Below, in pieces: positions 1 through 10,898 of a stretch of 64,000 nucleotides of DNA. A program made the translations under genes and the position numbers. Each line of letters starts with the position of its first letter. Within the stretch, counting starts at the first letter, position 1. The stretch is from Sporopachydermia quercuum (lineage: Eukaryota): contig BCGN01000010.1 in NCBI GenBank assembly GCA_001599295.1, positions 124,001-188,000 on the forward strand, written 5' to 3'. The notes below the pieces were generated by a model. The model had not been told where the DNA came from. It ran no database searches and saw nothing but the letters and a program-made list of their open reading frames with translations.

Positions 1-66
1 CAACTAAATGTAACCACCAGATTTATTCAACCAATTATATACCAAACGCTAAACAAAAACTGCAAT

Positions 67-993
67 TCATCGCGCGACAGGAGCATAACCACCATTTAAC
101 TGACTTGGTCCTGCTGGAGCATACACACTTGCAGTAGGTTCGTATTGCTGATGAATGAACGGTTGCTTTTCTAATTGTATATCTTGCGTGGAGTTGTTGT
201 TCCTACTGGAAGTTGAACCACAGCAGCAAGTGAATAAGAACAAGAAGAAAGATATAAAGTTAGCAACAACAGCAGCAATACCCATGCCAAAGAAGTATCT
301 ATTCAAAGCAATAGTAATACCAAAGTCATCCACGACGTTATTAAACGTATTTCTGATATAAAGAAAAACTCCCAAAGCACCAAAAATTGCAATCGCCAAA
401 AATGCTGATGAGAAGAAAGTAATAAAAGCAGTGCATAAAGAACCCAGTTTTGAGTTGAATGCGCAAAACGATAGAAGTAATTGTATGATTGTCAAAGAAA
501 ACCCAATGATTATTGTAACGAAAATGACTCGACACATACTTCGATACACTGACCAATAGTCATTGATGTCTTGTGGAAGTTCTACAAAATCACTAGCAGT
601 ATCAAGCACATCTTCCGTAGAAACAACGTCATTAGTGATCACTTTCACAGGATCAAAGACGAACATTGCCTCTGGGTCAGAGCAGTAGAAAATGTTATCA
701 CCTTGGCCAGGTGCTGATTTGGAAGTACCATTTCCTTTGCAGTAATTCCATAGTGATGTCGTATAGAAATCTGGTAAACCAAGCGCTTCTAGAGCATCTG
801 CTGTGTCTGGTATTGTGATACCTGGTAGTAGATTTGATAAGTCCGCATTTGCTAAACTTAGTTTCGCCAGATAAACCTTCTCCAGTGGACCTGTAAGACA
901 GCCAACAAAACAAATAACTGACAATATGATGGATGAAAGGGATAAGATAAACGGTATCATTACCCAAAATATCCTACAAGCAGAAGCAGTCAT
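67..993 (-). CDS. PUN1: SUR7/PalI (claudin-like) family plasma-membrane tetraspan protein, Pun1-like, 308 aa
   Basis: N-terminal TM helix, extracellular loop with LGLPDFYTTSLWNYCKG...YCSDP..FVFDP motif, three C-terminal TM helices, Cys cluster TCCCG. Confidence 0.75.
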   Translation of the reverse strand: MTASACRIFWVMIPFILSLSSIILSVICFVGCLTGPLEKVYLAKLSLANADLSNLLPGITIPDTADALEALGLPDFYTTSLWNYCKGNGTSKSAPGQGDNIFYCSDPEAMFVFDPVKVITNDVVSTEDVLDTASDFVELPQDINDYWSVYRSMCRVIFVTIIIGFSLTIIQLLLSFCAFNSKLGSLCTAFITFFSSAFLAIAIFGALGVFLYIRNTFNNVVDDFGITIALNRYFFGMGIAAVVANFISFFLFLFTCCCGSTSSRNNNSTQDIQLEKQPFIHQQYEPTASVYAPAGPSQLNGGYAPVAR

Positions 994-2085
994 TTTCTTT
1001 ATTGGACGGTTATGATAATAGGTGTGATAATATCGTGATGATACGCTGTTGCCGTAATATTAAAATAGATAATTGTCTAAGGTGAATTTACCTACCAATC
1101 TTTTCACTTTTTCTGCTAGTATGTCGTGTGAGACCACTTGTGCTCTTGCTGTGNAGTACTAACTTGAGCTATAGGTTAAAGCCTTTGGTCTGCTATTTCT
1201 TACTTCCAATCTGATGAAATAATCACTCTTGATGCGTTATGATTGCAATTAAATGAGTTTCAGTAAAGTCTCTCTTGATCTTGTGAACACTTTTCGATAT
1301 AGTCTACTAATTCTCACGGAAATATAACAAATGTTGATTCTTTTTAAATTCCGCCAAACTCAACTACCTTTGTTGTTTTCTTTTTAGTTAAAATATATAT
1401 TTCTCCAAACAAACAACCAGACAAAATTGGAGAATTAGGTGGATGTGATGGTTATTAATATTCCTGTTTTCAGTTCTCACTGTTAAGACGTTTTAGCTTG
1501 GAAAATGAATTTCTAAAATTAAATCGCGTTAAAAATAGGGAAATTGAGCGACGTTTATCCTTAACTTTAATCGCGAGCATACTCACAATTAAAATTAGGC
1601 TATGTAATGAAGAATGAAATGTGCGTACGGCTAAGACCTGCCAATATTAGAGACTGCCTATTAATAGTGCTCTATTTCAAGTTATGGCAGTGAAATGAAG
1701 TGGTAATAATAAACAAGTACTACTGTTTGTCTGCTAAGGAAGGCGCTATATATGAATTATAATGTATTCAATCAAGATGCAACTGGGAACTTGAAGAATG
1801 ATTCACGAAAACCTTAATCTATTGTAAGTTAGGGCGCTTATTCAACTCTACCTGAAAGACAGAGAACAAAAAGAAGAACATGCTTGGTAAAGAAAGCATC
1901 TCGATTGTTTCCTGGTTGTTAAGTCTTTTTCAGTTGTCAAATAAGACTTGATGATCTATAAAACAAAATGGTAGATTCTTAATGGTACAGAATCATGATA
2001 ATGTAATTGCTCCTGAAGAATATGTATCGTTGTTGTTGGTAAGATGAAAATAGGAAGAAGCTGAGAACATCTGAAGTTAAAACAA

Positions 2086-2139
2086 TTGAGTCTCATCATG
2101 TGTCTGAGGGTCTCAGACATATGATGAGATGAGACTCAA
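2086..2139. repeat. Intergenic inverted repeat / hairpin
   Basis: tctcatcatgtgtctgag (2091-2108) pairs with ctcagacatatgatgaga (2112-2129): 18 bp, one G.T, 3-nt loop; extended by ttgag/ctcaa after a 5-nt bulge. Confidence 0.85.
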
Positions 2140-3148
2140 GTACACATTTCCGAATTTCGAGGTTGAGAAAAATAAAATCATTCAGGGAGATTGCTACTTA
2201 TCTTTTCAGTTCATGATTTTATTTCAGACACGTTGGTTAATGCTAAATGAAAACAAAAAGGATACTGATGGGTTTACAGCTCTTTTATTGTAGTTAGGTA
2301 TGAAATATGATATATAGCTCATACATACATAAAAAAAAATCTGTTGCATATAAATGAATATTTTGTAAGATTGATCATAGTCCATTGCCAAGGCGATATT
2401 ATTAGAATAATGCAGATCTTGATGGTGNTGATGGTGATTGCAATCAATTGATCATCAGGATTTGTTTGTTAAAACTATTAGCGTTTTTGTACAGTCAGTT
2501 CTGACTCCAAACGATCCCTTTTTAGGCATAAAATAAGTTTCATTTAGACTAAAAACCTGCAGGAACCTCTTGATAGTCAAATCTATTTTTAGTCAGAATG
2601 AAACAATCCCTTACATAACTACAATATGATAATTATGATATAGTTAATGGGTTTGATAGTATATTTCTTTTACATTTAACTCTATCTGTTAGATAGTTAT
2701 TTGATGGGAAAGAATGATTGTTATCGTGATCTCAAATAGGAGTTTATTCCTTTTGCATGAATTGTCATTGGATTAACTCCGGTGAATCGAAATACTAAAA
2801 NAGAAACCATGAGATGAATGTTAATTAATGACAAGCGGATAATTCAATACAATCTATTTATGATATTCAGACTTTTCGGAAAAACAAGTTCTCTGGATTG
2901 TATATAAAAGATTCAAGGAACTAAGGGGTCCGTTATCATATCGTAAATTAGTCAATTGAGTCTCTAATATAACAATCAACTATTGTTACAAGTGGGTATA
3001 TCATAGACATAATGCTGGATACCAGGAAAGATACTACTTTAGATGATTGGANTGGTAAGTAAATCATGTTCGCTTGCATTTTGAATATGATGTTTTGTGT
3101 AGTAAGCTTATTCCTTTCATTTTTCTNCTATTACCATAAACGTCCCAT

Positions 3149-4135
3149 TTATCTTATCGATATTTCCTCGATGTCTTCTTTCTGTTCTTCAGTTACAGTC
3201 TTAGGACTCTCTTGTTTATTGATTGGATCATACTTCGTATTATACTCCAAAAGATACACTCCTGCGGTTCCAACTGCATCAATAATCATCATTATACAAG
3301 CAGCAAGTAGCATTGCTTGGGTAGAACCTCCAGACTGAGAAATAATTCCATAATCAATATATGTAGTGTCCACAATAGCCTGTACGTTGGTCATGAACCT
3401 CAAATAAAATATAACCCCAACAACAATCAGTGCGGCAGAAGAAGTAACGAAAAATGATCCCATGACCATAATAAGTTTGTATTTAGGGGTTCGATGGTCA
3501 TTGAATTTGAAATGACCTAACTCAAAAAACACTAAACTTACGGCAGCACACACAGCTCCGCATATCAATGGTATCTTGACAGCGTAAGCATATAAATGAG
3601 CTGATAGCTGTACATCAGCATAAGGATTGGCAGCGGTCTCAATGATAAGAAGACCCAGTGAAGGCTCTGGCATGATAGCAGAAGCATTGAACATATAGGA
3701 AATTGAAGGTGAACTACAAGTAATCCACTCAATATCCAGCCCGGAGACGTCAGTTTTCTTAGCTGCAGCAGATTTGGTTTGAGAACGTTTATCCTTTAAT
3801 TTACCAGCGCAATAATTCCATAACCCTGATATAATGAAATCAACACTTCTTTCTAATTTGAGATCACAATAGTCACCCAATAATTTGATCTCTGCTTGAC
3901 TTATTCCCATTCCATTTTGAATAATAACACGATTATCCTGCTTGTTTCTAGCTAATGACAGTAGGCCTTCTGCTGAGTTAGGATTCACTATATTCATAGT
4001 TACGGTCGCGGCAGATGCCAATTGAGGATTGCCAGATTTTGGTATCACTGCTACTAAAGAGCAGATTATGAGTATGATGCTAATGATTGGCAGCAACCAT
4101 TCCAAGATCCGACGTACGCTGGTTAGTTTCGCCAT
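3149..4135 (-). CDS. Divergent SUR7/PalI family tetraspan protein, 328 aa
   Basis: Same 1+3 TM topology and SGLWNYCAG...ITCSSP..YMFN signature as the neighbour at 67-993. Confidence 0.75.
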   Translation of the reverse strand: MAKLTSVRRILEWLLPIISIILIICSLVAVIPKSGNPQLASAATVTMNIVNPNSAEGLLSLARNKQDNRVIIQNGMGISQAEIKLLGDYCDLKLERSVDFIISGLWNYCAGKLKDKRSQTKSAAAKKTDVSGLDIEWITCSSPSISYMFNASAIMPEPSLGLLIIETAANPYADVQLSAHLYAYAVKIPLICGAVCAAVSLVFFELGHFKFNDHRTPKYKLIMVMGSFFVTSSAALIVVGVIFYLRFMTNVQAIVDTTYIDYGIISQSGGSTQAMLLAACIMMIIDAVGTAGVYLLEYNTKYDPINKQESPKTVTEEQKEDIEEISIR

Positions 4136-4898
4136 TATGATTCAAGTCACCCTAGAGTTATAAGTGGTTCAGTGTCGTCTTCTTCTTATCTTAACTGTCA
4201 GTTTGACTATAAGACTTTCCGCCCCATAATTTATGGCATTAGCTTGAGAAATACGAACTTCCATTTATGTGTGAATTGCTATCATTCTATGCAATCGTTA
4301 TCGAGTGGTTTATGAAAACGTGAAAGCACTTCAATACCAACGAAAAACGTATCGGTATATACAGCCAACAGCTAATGGTGAAATTCTACAGTACGACGTC
4401 TAATCTTGTAAGAAAGTGCTTTTTAATCAGAAGAAGAAACAAAAGAGCGATAAGAAGGAAACGACATTTTAGATAATCNCTTACAATATGAAAAAAAGGT
4501 AAATGACCTCTCAGAATGTACCATAGTCGACAGGAAACTTCAAGTATAGTTTAGGTTAGTAGTAAGGTTTAGAATAACTCTAGTTGAAACTAGGTGTCCT
4601 AAATCAGGATCTATGAACTAATTTGGTGGATCAAAATACAGAACTAAAGTGCCTTTTAATCGTCGTTGACCTCAGAAAAATGAAGAATGAATATCTCTCT
4701 AAATAAAGTGAACTACTGAGCAATTGATTTTTTGGGCTATTGGGTTCATTATATTCCAAGAGGAAAGCAATTTTAANGAAAGTCAATGGAATGTGTTGCC
4801 TTCCAAGGTAGATTTTGAATGTAAGATTGAGGGTTAGTTAGAGATTAATCTACAAAACTACTGAATCAGTCTATAGCTGCTACTCCAAAATTCAAAGA

Positions 4899-5417
4899 AT
4901 GTCACGATCAAGAGAAGAATCTGATTTGATATTCAAAGCTGATTTTTCAAATGAGCCAAGAATTTTCAAATCGTCGAGATGGAGATCCCCAAACAGAAGA
5001 TATAAGTCTGTGAGGCAGCTGTTCTCAGAAGAACAGAAACGCCTTAATGTCGTTGATTCTGAAAGTGAGATCCTAAGACGAGGAGGAGATCCAACAGATG
5101 CAAAACATTTTGAGCATTTGAATGCCAGACAAAAGAAAGATATGCAGGCCCCAGAAGGTTCGTTAGATAGGAAAGCTACAGGAAATTATTTGAAGAAGAA
5201 CTCTGAAAGAATNTCATACTTCACATATAACGCACCTCCATCAGTCAGACCTAGAAAATGGTACTGTGATATCACAGGGCTTCCTGGTCGCTATAAGGCC
5301 CCAGGTTCTGGTCTAAGGTACTATAATATGGAAGTTTATGATGTGATAAAGAACATGGCACCTGGAGTGGATCAAAAGTATCTAGAACTACGGAATGCTA
5401 ATTTGGTACTACGGTAA
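4899..5417 (+). CDS. IES6: INO80 complex subunit Ies6 (YL1 C-terminal domain), 172 aa
   Basis: SYFTYNAPPSVRPRKWYCDITGLPGRYKAPGSGLRY and terminal YLELRNANLVLR. Confidence 0.93.
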   Translation: MSRSREESDLIFKADFSNEPRIFKSSRWRSPNRRYKSVRQLFSEEQKRLNVVDSESEILRRGGDPTDAKHFEHLNARQKKDMQAPEGSLDRKATGNYLKKNSERXSYFTYNAPPSVRPRKWYCDITGLPGRYKAPGSGLRYYNMEVYDVIKNMAPGVDQKYLELRNANLVLR

Positions 5418-5729
5418 ACATGGCAAACATGGCAATTGTTTATCATTTGATATACTATATGTGGAATATAACCAGAGGCCCAGTTTTGTGGGAGTTGAGA
5501 GATTTCTGCTCAGAAGTTTATAGTGTAAACTTTCCAGATAGTGTGGGATCGAATCGCCATGTATTCATGAGTTGAGTACAACATTTGGAGGCGCAACATT
5601 TTTTAACGCAACAATTCATAGTTTCATGTAGAAGAGACTTGAATCTAATAATCAATAATCAGATCAACTTTGTATAATAATATTTCTTCATAATGCTNAC
5701 TTACTATTTGGTGTATATCTAACTCTCCT

Positions 5730-6348
5730 TTATTTCCCATTCCATTTACTCACTATATCACTTATATGCTTATCGAACTTCTTATTATTCACTATTCCTT
5801 TTTCATCCACAGTCTGGAACGGATTGCAAGTCAGTTTCAAATAAGCCTGTAGTACTGATTTGAATACCACTCCCAGATCATCAGTTGCTATCTCCTTCAT
5901 TGCTGTTCCTATCACTATTTTTATACCCGAGTTCTTGACCATTCCATATACTGAGACACCATCCATGATGAATAACAATGCATACTCGCCAACAGAGGGA
6001 TCCCCAAGCCATCTTCCTGATTCAAATGAGTCTAGAGCCATATGTGATAGAAAATTGTATTTCAACATCGCATTACTGGTTTCATTCAACATAGAGTCTG
6101 AGTCGTATAGACCAGACTGTGATGTTTGAGTAACTTTGATCAGTCTGTCTGAATCATTAAAAGATTGAATATAAAGCGGTCTATTCTGTATAATAGTTAG
6201 TCATAAGCATCAACTGCCAGTAGTAGTAGGAGTGATCATGATCTATCTCTATTATTGTGCATGATCAATACTATAGTACTGATCTACATGGTATACATAC
6301 ATCTCGACTTATCAGAGACACGAAAAAAATTGGAGTTTCTTGTGGCAT
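5730..6348 (-). CDS. TCA17: TRAPP sedlin-family subunit Tca17/TRAPPC2L, 167 aa, 2 exons
   Basis: Exons 6348-6301 and 6185-5730; intron GTATGT..GACTAAC..TACAG; spliced N-terminus MPQETPIFFVSLISRD|NRPLYIQSF; VYGMVKNSGIKIVI and CNPF motifs. Confidence 0.88.
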
Positions 6349-7247
6349 GCTGATATATGGAATTAATTTATCTGTTTGGTGAGGGTCTAATTCGGATAGG
6401 TATTCTTGGTTAATTTTAATATAACTTGACTGTATATGAGTCTATAGGAATCGGTAGTACTGAAAGCTCACAGAACATTTGAATAACGGAGCTGATCAAT
6501 GGCTGGCTGAATATATGATGTTTTCACAAGAAGATAAAAAAAAAACTATTTAACGTCAATCAGCACTTTGCTCTATTATTATAAGAGCGGGAACAATTAG
6601 AAAACAGTTGATTTCCAGAATACCATTAAATAAAGATGAATATGAATAGGCTGGTTGTAAGAAACGGCTATTGTCAATTCATAGAGAACACAGAGAAAAG
6701 CTTTCATAAGTCCATAACTATATCTGATTTGGGACATCAGTAATCAAGATCTGACCTTTGATAGGAAGGTAAAAATGAATAATATGAGTTATGAAATAGT
6801 CAAAACCATTAATTAATAAACATCATGTAGAAAAATAGTAATATGATGAATCATGATAGTCATGGGATTGCTGTTGAAGTTCAAGTTCATATCAGTTTTG
6901 GAAGGTTCTTTATAGTTTTACCCGGGAATTGTAGATACTATAGTGTTAGCACGTACGGTTTATGGAGATACAATGAATGATAGTTGGATGGATAACAATA
7001 ACGAGATCATAATTCTACGTAGTTGTTTATTCGTTTCAACAATCCAAGGCTGGCAAGAAACAAAAGTAGACTTAGACATCATTATTGAGTTCTCGTTCGT
7101 TGAACCTGCAAAAAGTAAGGTCTCTGGCACTAGCTGCGATAGAAGTATTATCAATTCAACTCACTACTACTATAACATAGGGATTCAAACAAATATTGGA
7201 ACAAGAAGTCCAGAATGAATAATATAAGTGTTCTATTAAAAATTCTC

Positions 7248-7987
7248 CTACTTCAGGATGTAGTCATATTTCTCTGATCCAACAACTCCGCCATTCATCG
7301 ACCTTTCAACATTTCGTCTAAATAAATCCTTATTTCGATGTAGATTCTCAGCAGCATCTTTATTCAAGGGATCATTCGAATTGGGCTCTAAAAATAAGTA
7401 TTGAAGTCCAATAAGAACAGAATTAATATTTAACACTGGTCTCCAATCTTCTCGCAAAATGTTCAAGCATACTTTTCCTTCTAAATCAATATTGGGATGA
7501 TAAATCTTCTGTAGGCATTTCACCTTTGGTGGCTCATGAGGAAAATTATCATTTATAGAAGCAGAAAAACGGAAATGACCTGATTTATAGTATCCTTCAT
7601 CAGGTTTGATTAAAATATTGAAATGCATTATATCATCTTTGTCGGGGAAGGTAACTTCCATAGTAGGTGGAATAGATAGTTCGGAGATGTCCTTTTGGGC
7701 TCTCAGTTGTGCTGCTGTCACTTTTTTAGAGTCAGAAGATGCACTCTTCTCTGCTTGTTCTTTTTTCAATGAAAGAATTTTAAGCTGAAGTAAACGTTAG
7801 TCCTCAATTGAATCTCTAATAGCAATATTTCAGTATTAATACATCAAGATTTTCATTTGAATTACGACATGGCGCTCCAGTGGAAAAGTAACAATTCTAT
7901 CCTGTATTAAAGGACACCACAGTAATCCCACGAATCCCATGCTAGATCTTTCGACTCACCATCAAGAAATCAAATTTGGCATACCAT
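7248..7987 (-). CDS. UBC12: NEDD8/Rub1-conjugating enzyme Ubc12, 179 aa, ATG-only first exon
   Basis: Exon 2 7784-7248 starts LKILSLKK after GACTAAC..TTCAG; exon 1 is ATG at 7987-7985 (GTATGC donor) or 7962-7960 (GTGAGT donor); [19 protein letters not shown] active site. Confidence 0.93.
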
Positions 7988-9878
7988 TATTAAACCAACT
8001 ATTTTAGCTACGCTACAATCAATAACCAAGCTGTTGTAGCCAACAACTATGCCAACCAAGAACTGCTACTATGCACTTATTGCTTGTCCCGCAATATAAG
8101 TACCTTGATCTTCTCATTCCTTCCTCTTTTTGTTTTATTTGGTGCTTTTCTTACGATTGTGACGGAGCCTGTAATAAATGATTATATCATCATTTATTCA
8201 TGATAAGTGTAAAGCATTATGTCAAGATATAGAAAAAGCAAGCAATTCATAACCAGAACCTATTAGCGAAAGCTCAATAATATTTTCATTAACTTTGAGT
8301 AACTCTCCAGTTAATTGATTAGGGAAAATATTCTAGTAGATTCACAAGGTGTTTTATCGATTATATAATCTGTCTTATCGCTTGTCTTCTATCATTCTTT
8401 CCCTCAAGGTCATCGTCACACCGAGGAATAAAGGGAACTTATCGGGCTAAGGTTTCTTGTGCTAAATTGAACTTACTACCACAGTGCCTGTACGAAGGGA
8501 AGGGTCTTCGTAATGACAATGAATATAGGGATAAGAGCATTAGAATATTTCTTTGATTAGTACTGAAAATGACAACATTTGGCTGTCTCATTTACATATA
8601 AGACCCTAGACAACATAATTTACTCCCTATTGAAATGTAAATTTCATTGTTAATAGTATAATTGTAGCTTTCTTTTTGCAAATTCTATCGTAAATCCTCC
8701 CTAACATAGGAAGGAGTTTTACTGCTTTTAAATGTACTGTTTACATATGTAGTCAAATAACCGTTGAGTTTAAGAAATAAAGTTTAGAGGATATTCCTTT
8801 CTTCCTATTTTTGCCGATCTGGGTCCTCTTCTTGAAAGAAGTCGAATTAAGACATAATTCTATGGCTAGGAATGTCAAAACTAGGGTAAATTTAATAAAA
8901 TCTGAACACCCTCACCGATTTTTCTTTTTATCAAGCCCATAAGCGGCTTTTAGGTTCATCAAAGAGAATATTAGCAAATGCCGGAAAGTTTTCTGAACTG
9001 GAGGGAATGATTTCCGTAATTCTTCCCCTTTGGGCTTGTGTCGTGCGAGCAGTATGGCAGTAACATTTCCTTCCAAAAAAAGTATCAATTACAATCGAAA
9101 AAATCTATTACAATTGCTATATATCAAAATAGATCTCAGAAGCTCATTAATATAATCTCTTCAAAAAAATCTGCTCCCATAATTCTACAGTACTCTCCTT
9201 CTACCTTATATTCTTCAGCCTATCTCCCAAACTTTATCGCTCATATTATTTCCGATTCACAAGCAAGAAAGCTTATTTTGTTTAGGTTTTGGAGAGGGCT
9301 TCATTCCGGTTCTCCAGTTAAGAAAAACTTTCTGGATTTAATCCATAAATGTAAAGAAAAATTCAGGGTTTCTCTCCATATTTTGTAGATCTGGGGAAGA
9401 AAACACAAGATGTAGAATAATTATTACGCGTTTGCATTGAAAGAATATTGATTGCATTGTTTCTTATAGACATATAAGTAGATCTTAGATACTTCTTGAT
9501 CTAGAAATAAGAGAATACCTAGCTGTAGTCAATTTGTTTTTGCTCTAGAATTGTTGTGTTTCCATCGTGTTCATTATTATCCTAACAGTGTCAGTTGATT
9601 GAAGATTAGTTTGGTATTTGGCGATTTTGTTATTATCTCATGTCGAAGAATGAGTCTTTTTGTATAATTGAGATTTATTTTAATTACAGGGAAGTTAGAG
9701 AAGTTGCGGTTTATAACTAAAGTTAGAAAGGTAGAGGATTGATCTCAAGGCATTTCAATATTAGTGTCAAAGAGCATATATCGCATCATCAAAGCACCAA
9801 GGACCAAATCCTTATAGCAATTTAAAACATTGAACATTGAATAAGAGTAATATTCAAATTATGCATACACAGAACTAA

Positions 9879-10898
9879 ATGGGGACGAATATAAGAGATA
9901 GAGTCGTTATGGCAGAAATAGAACCTATAGACACAACTCAGAGCCAGCTAATACAGCTAGAAAGCTCCACATTCAGGAGGAAGTTGGCGGAACCAACCAT
10001 ATCATCTTTTATAGCTGGTGGCTTTGCTGGTGCTATATCGAGAACAGTTGTTTCTCCTTTTGAAAGAATGAAAATTTTATTTCAAGTTCAAGGGCCAGGT
10101 TCAGCAGCTTATTCAGGGGTTTGGCCTACTCTAAAAAAGATGTACATTGAAGAAGGTTGGCCTGGTATGTTCAGAGGAAATGGGTCTAATTGCATTAGAA
10201 TCATACCATACTCAGCTGTTCAATTCGCAACTTATTCTATAATGAAAACTCATTTATTAAATCCAGGCGAGAAAGAATTAGATACCATTAGACGTCTACT
10301 TGCAGGAGGAATAGCTGGCGTGACATGTTGCTTTGCAACATATCCTTTGGATTTAGTCAGAACTAGATTATCAATCCAAACAGCATCATTATCAAATATG
10401 CATACAGTTAGAAAGCCACCAGGTTTGTGGACCCTTATGGGTCAAATTTACCGTACAGAAGGTGGAATAATAGGACTGTATAAAGGGCTGATACCAACTA
10501 CATTAGGTGTTGCTCCTTACGTTGCATTAAATTTTGCGGCATATGAATACATCAAAGAGTTTTCAAAGCTAGGTGATTCAACAAGAGAAGTATCAAATTT
10601 GGAGAAACTTTTATACGGCGGAATATCAGGAGGTATCGCTCAAACATTAACATATCCATTTGATTTGCTTCGTCGAAGATTCCAAGTACTTCATATGGGT
10701 GCAGCTGCTGGCAGACAAGGAGAATTAGGATTCCATTATAGAGGCACGTTACATGCTCTGAAATGTATTTTCCGGGATGAGGGTTTGAAAGGAGCGTATA
10801 AAGGTTTAAGTGCCAATTTGCTCAAGGTGATTCCAGCTATGGCCAGTAGTTGGCTGAGTTTTGAACTAATTAAAGATTTCCTAACAAACTTGGACTAG
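9879..10898 (+). CDS. Mitochondrial carrier, YPR011C/SLC25A42-like, 339 aa
   Basis: Three PX[DE]XX[KR] repeats (PFERMK, PLDLVR, PFDLLR); FRGNGSNCIRIIPYSAVQF; adjacent to the MIN8-like gene. Confidence 0.9.
   Translation: MGTNIRDRVVMAEIEPIDTTQSQLIQLESSTFRRKLAEPTISSFIAGGFAGAISRTVVSPFERMKILFQVQGPGSAAYSGVWPTLKKMYIEEGWPGMFRGNGSNCIRIIPYSAVQFATYSIMKTHLLNPGEKELDTIRRLLAGGIAGVTCCFATYPLDLVRTRLSIQTASLSNMHTVRKPPGLWTLMGQIYRTEGGIIGLYKGLIPTTLGVAPYVALNFAAYEYIKEFSKLGDSTREVSNLEKLLYGGISGGIAQTLTYPFDLLRRRFQVLHMGAAAGRQGELGFHYRGTLHALKCIFRDEGLKGAYKGLSANLLKVIPAMASSWLSFELIKDFLTNLD

Noticed and set aside
7785..7984. TPP riboswitch in the UBC12 intron
   Set aside because: Dual-donor/uORF layout is suggestive but the conserved aptamer motifs (CTGAGA, GATAATACCAGCG-like) are absent
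9038..9388. 116-aa ORF upstream of the mitochondrial carrier
   Set aside because: GTG start, no family features; probably promoter/leader sequence
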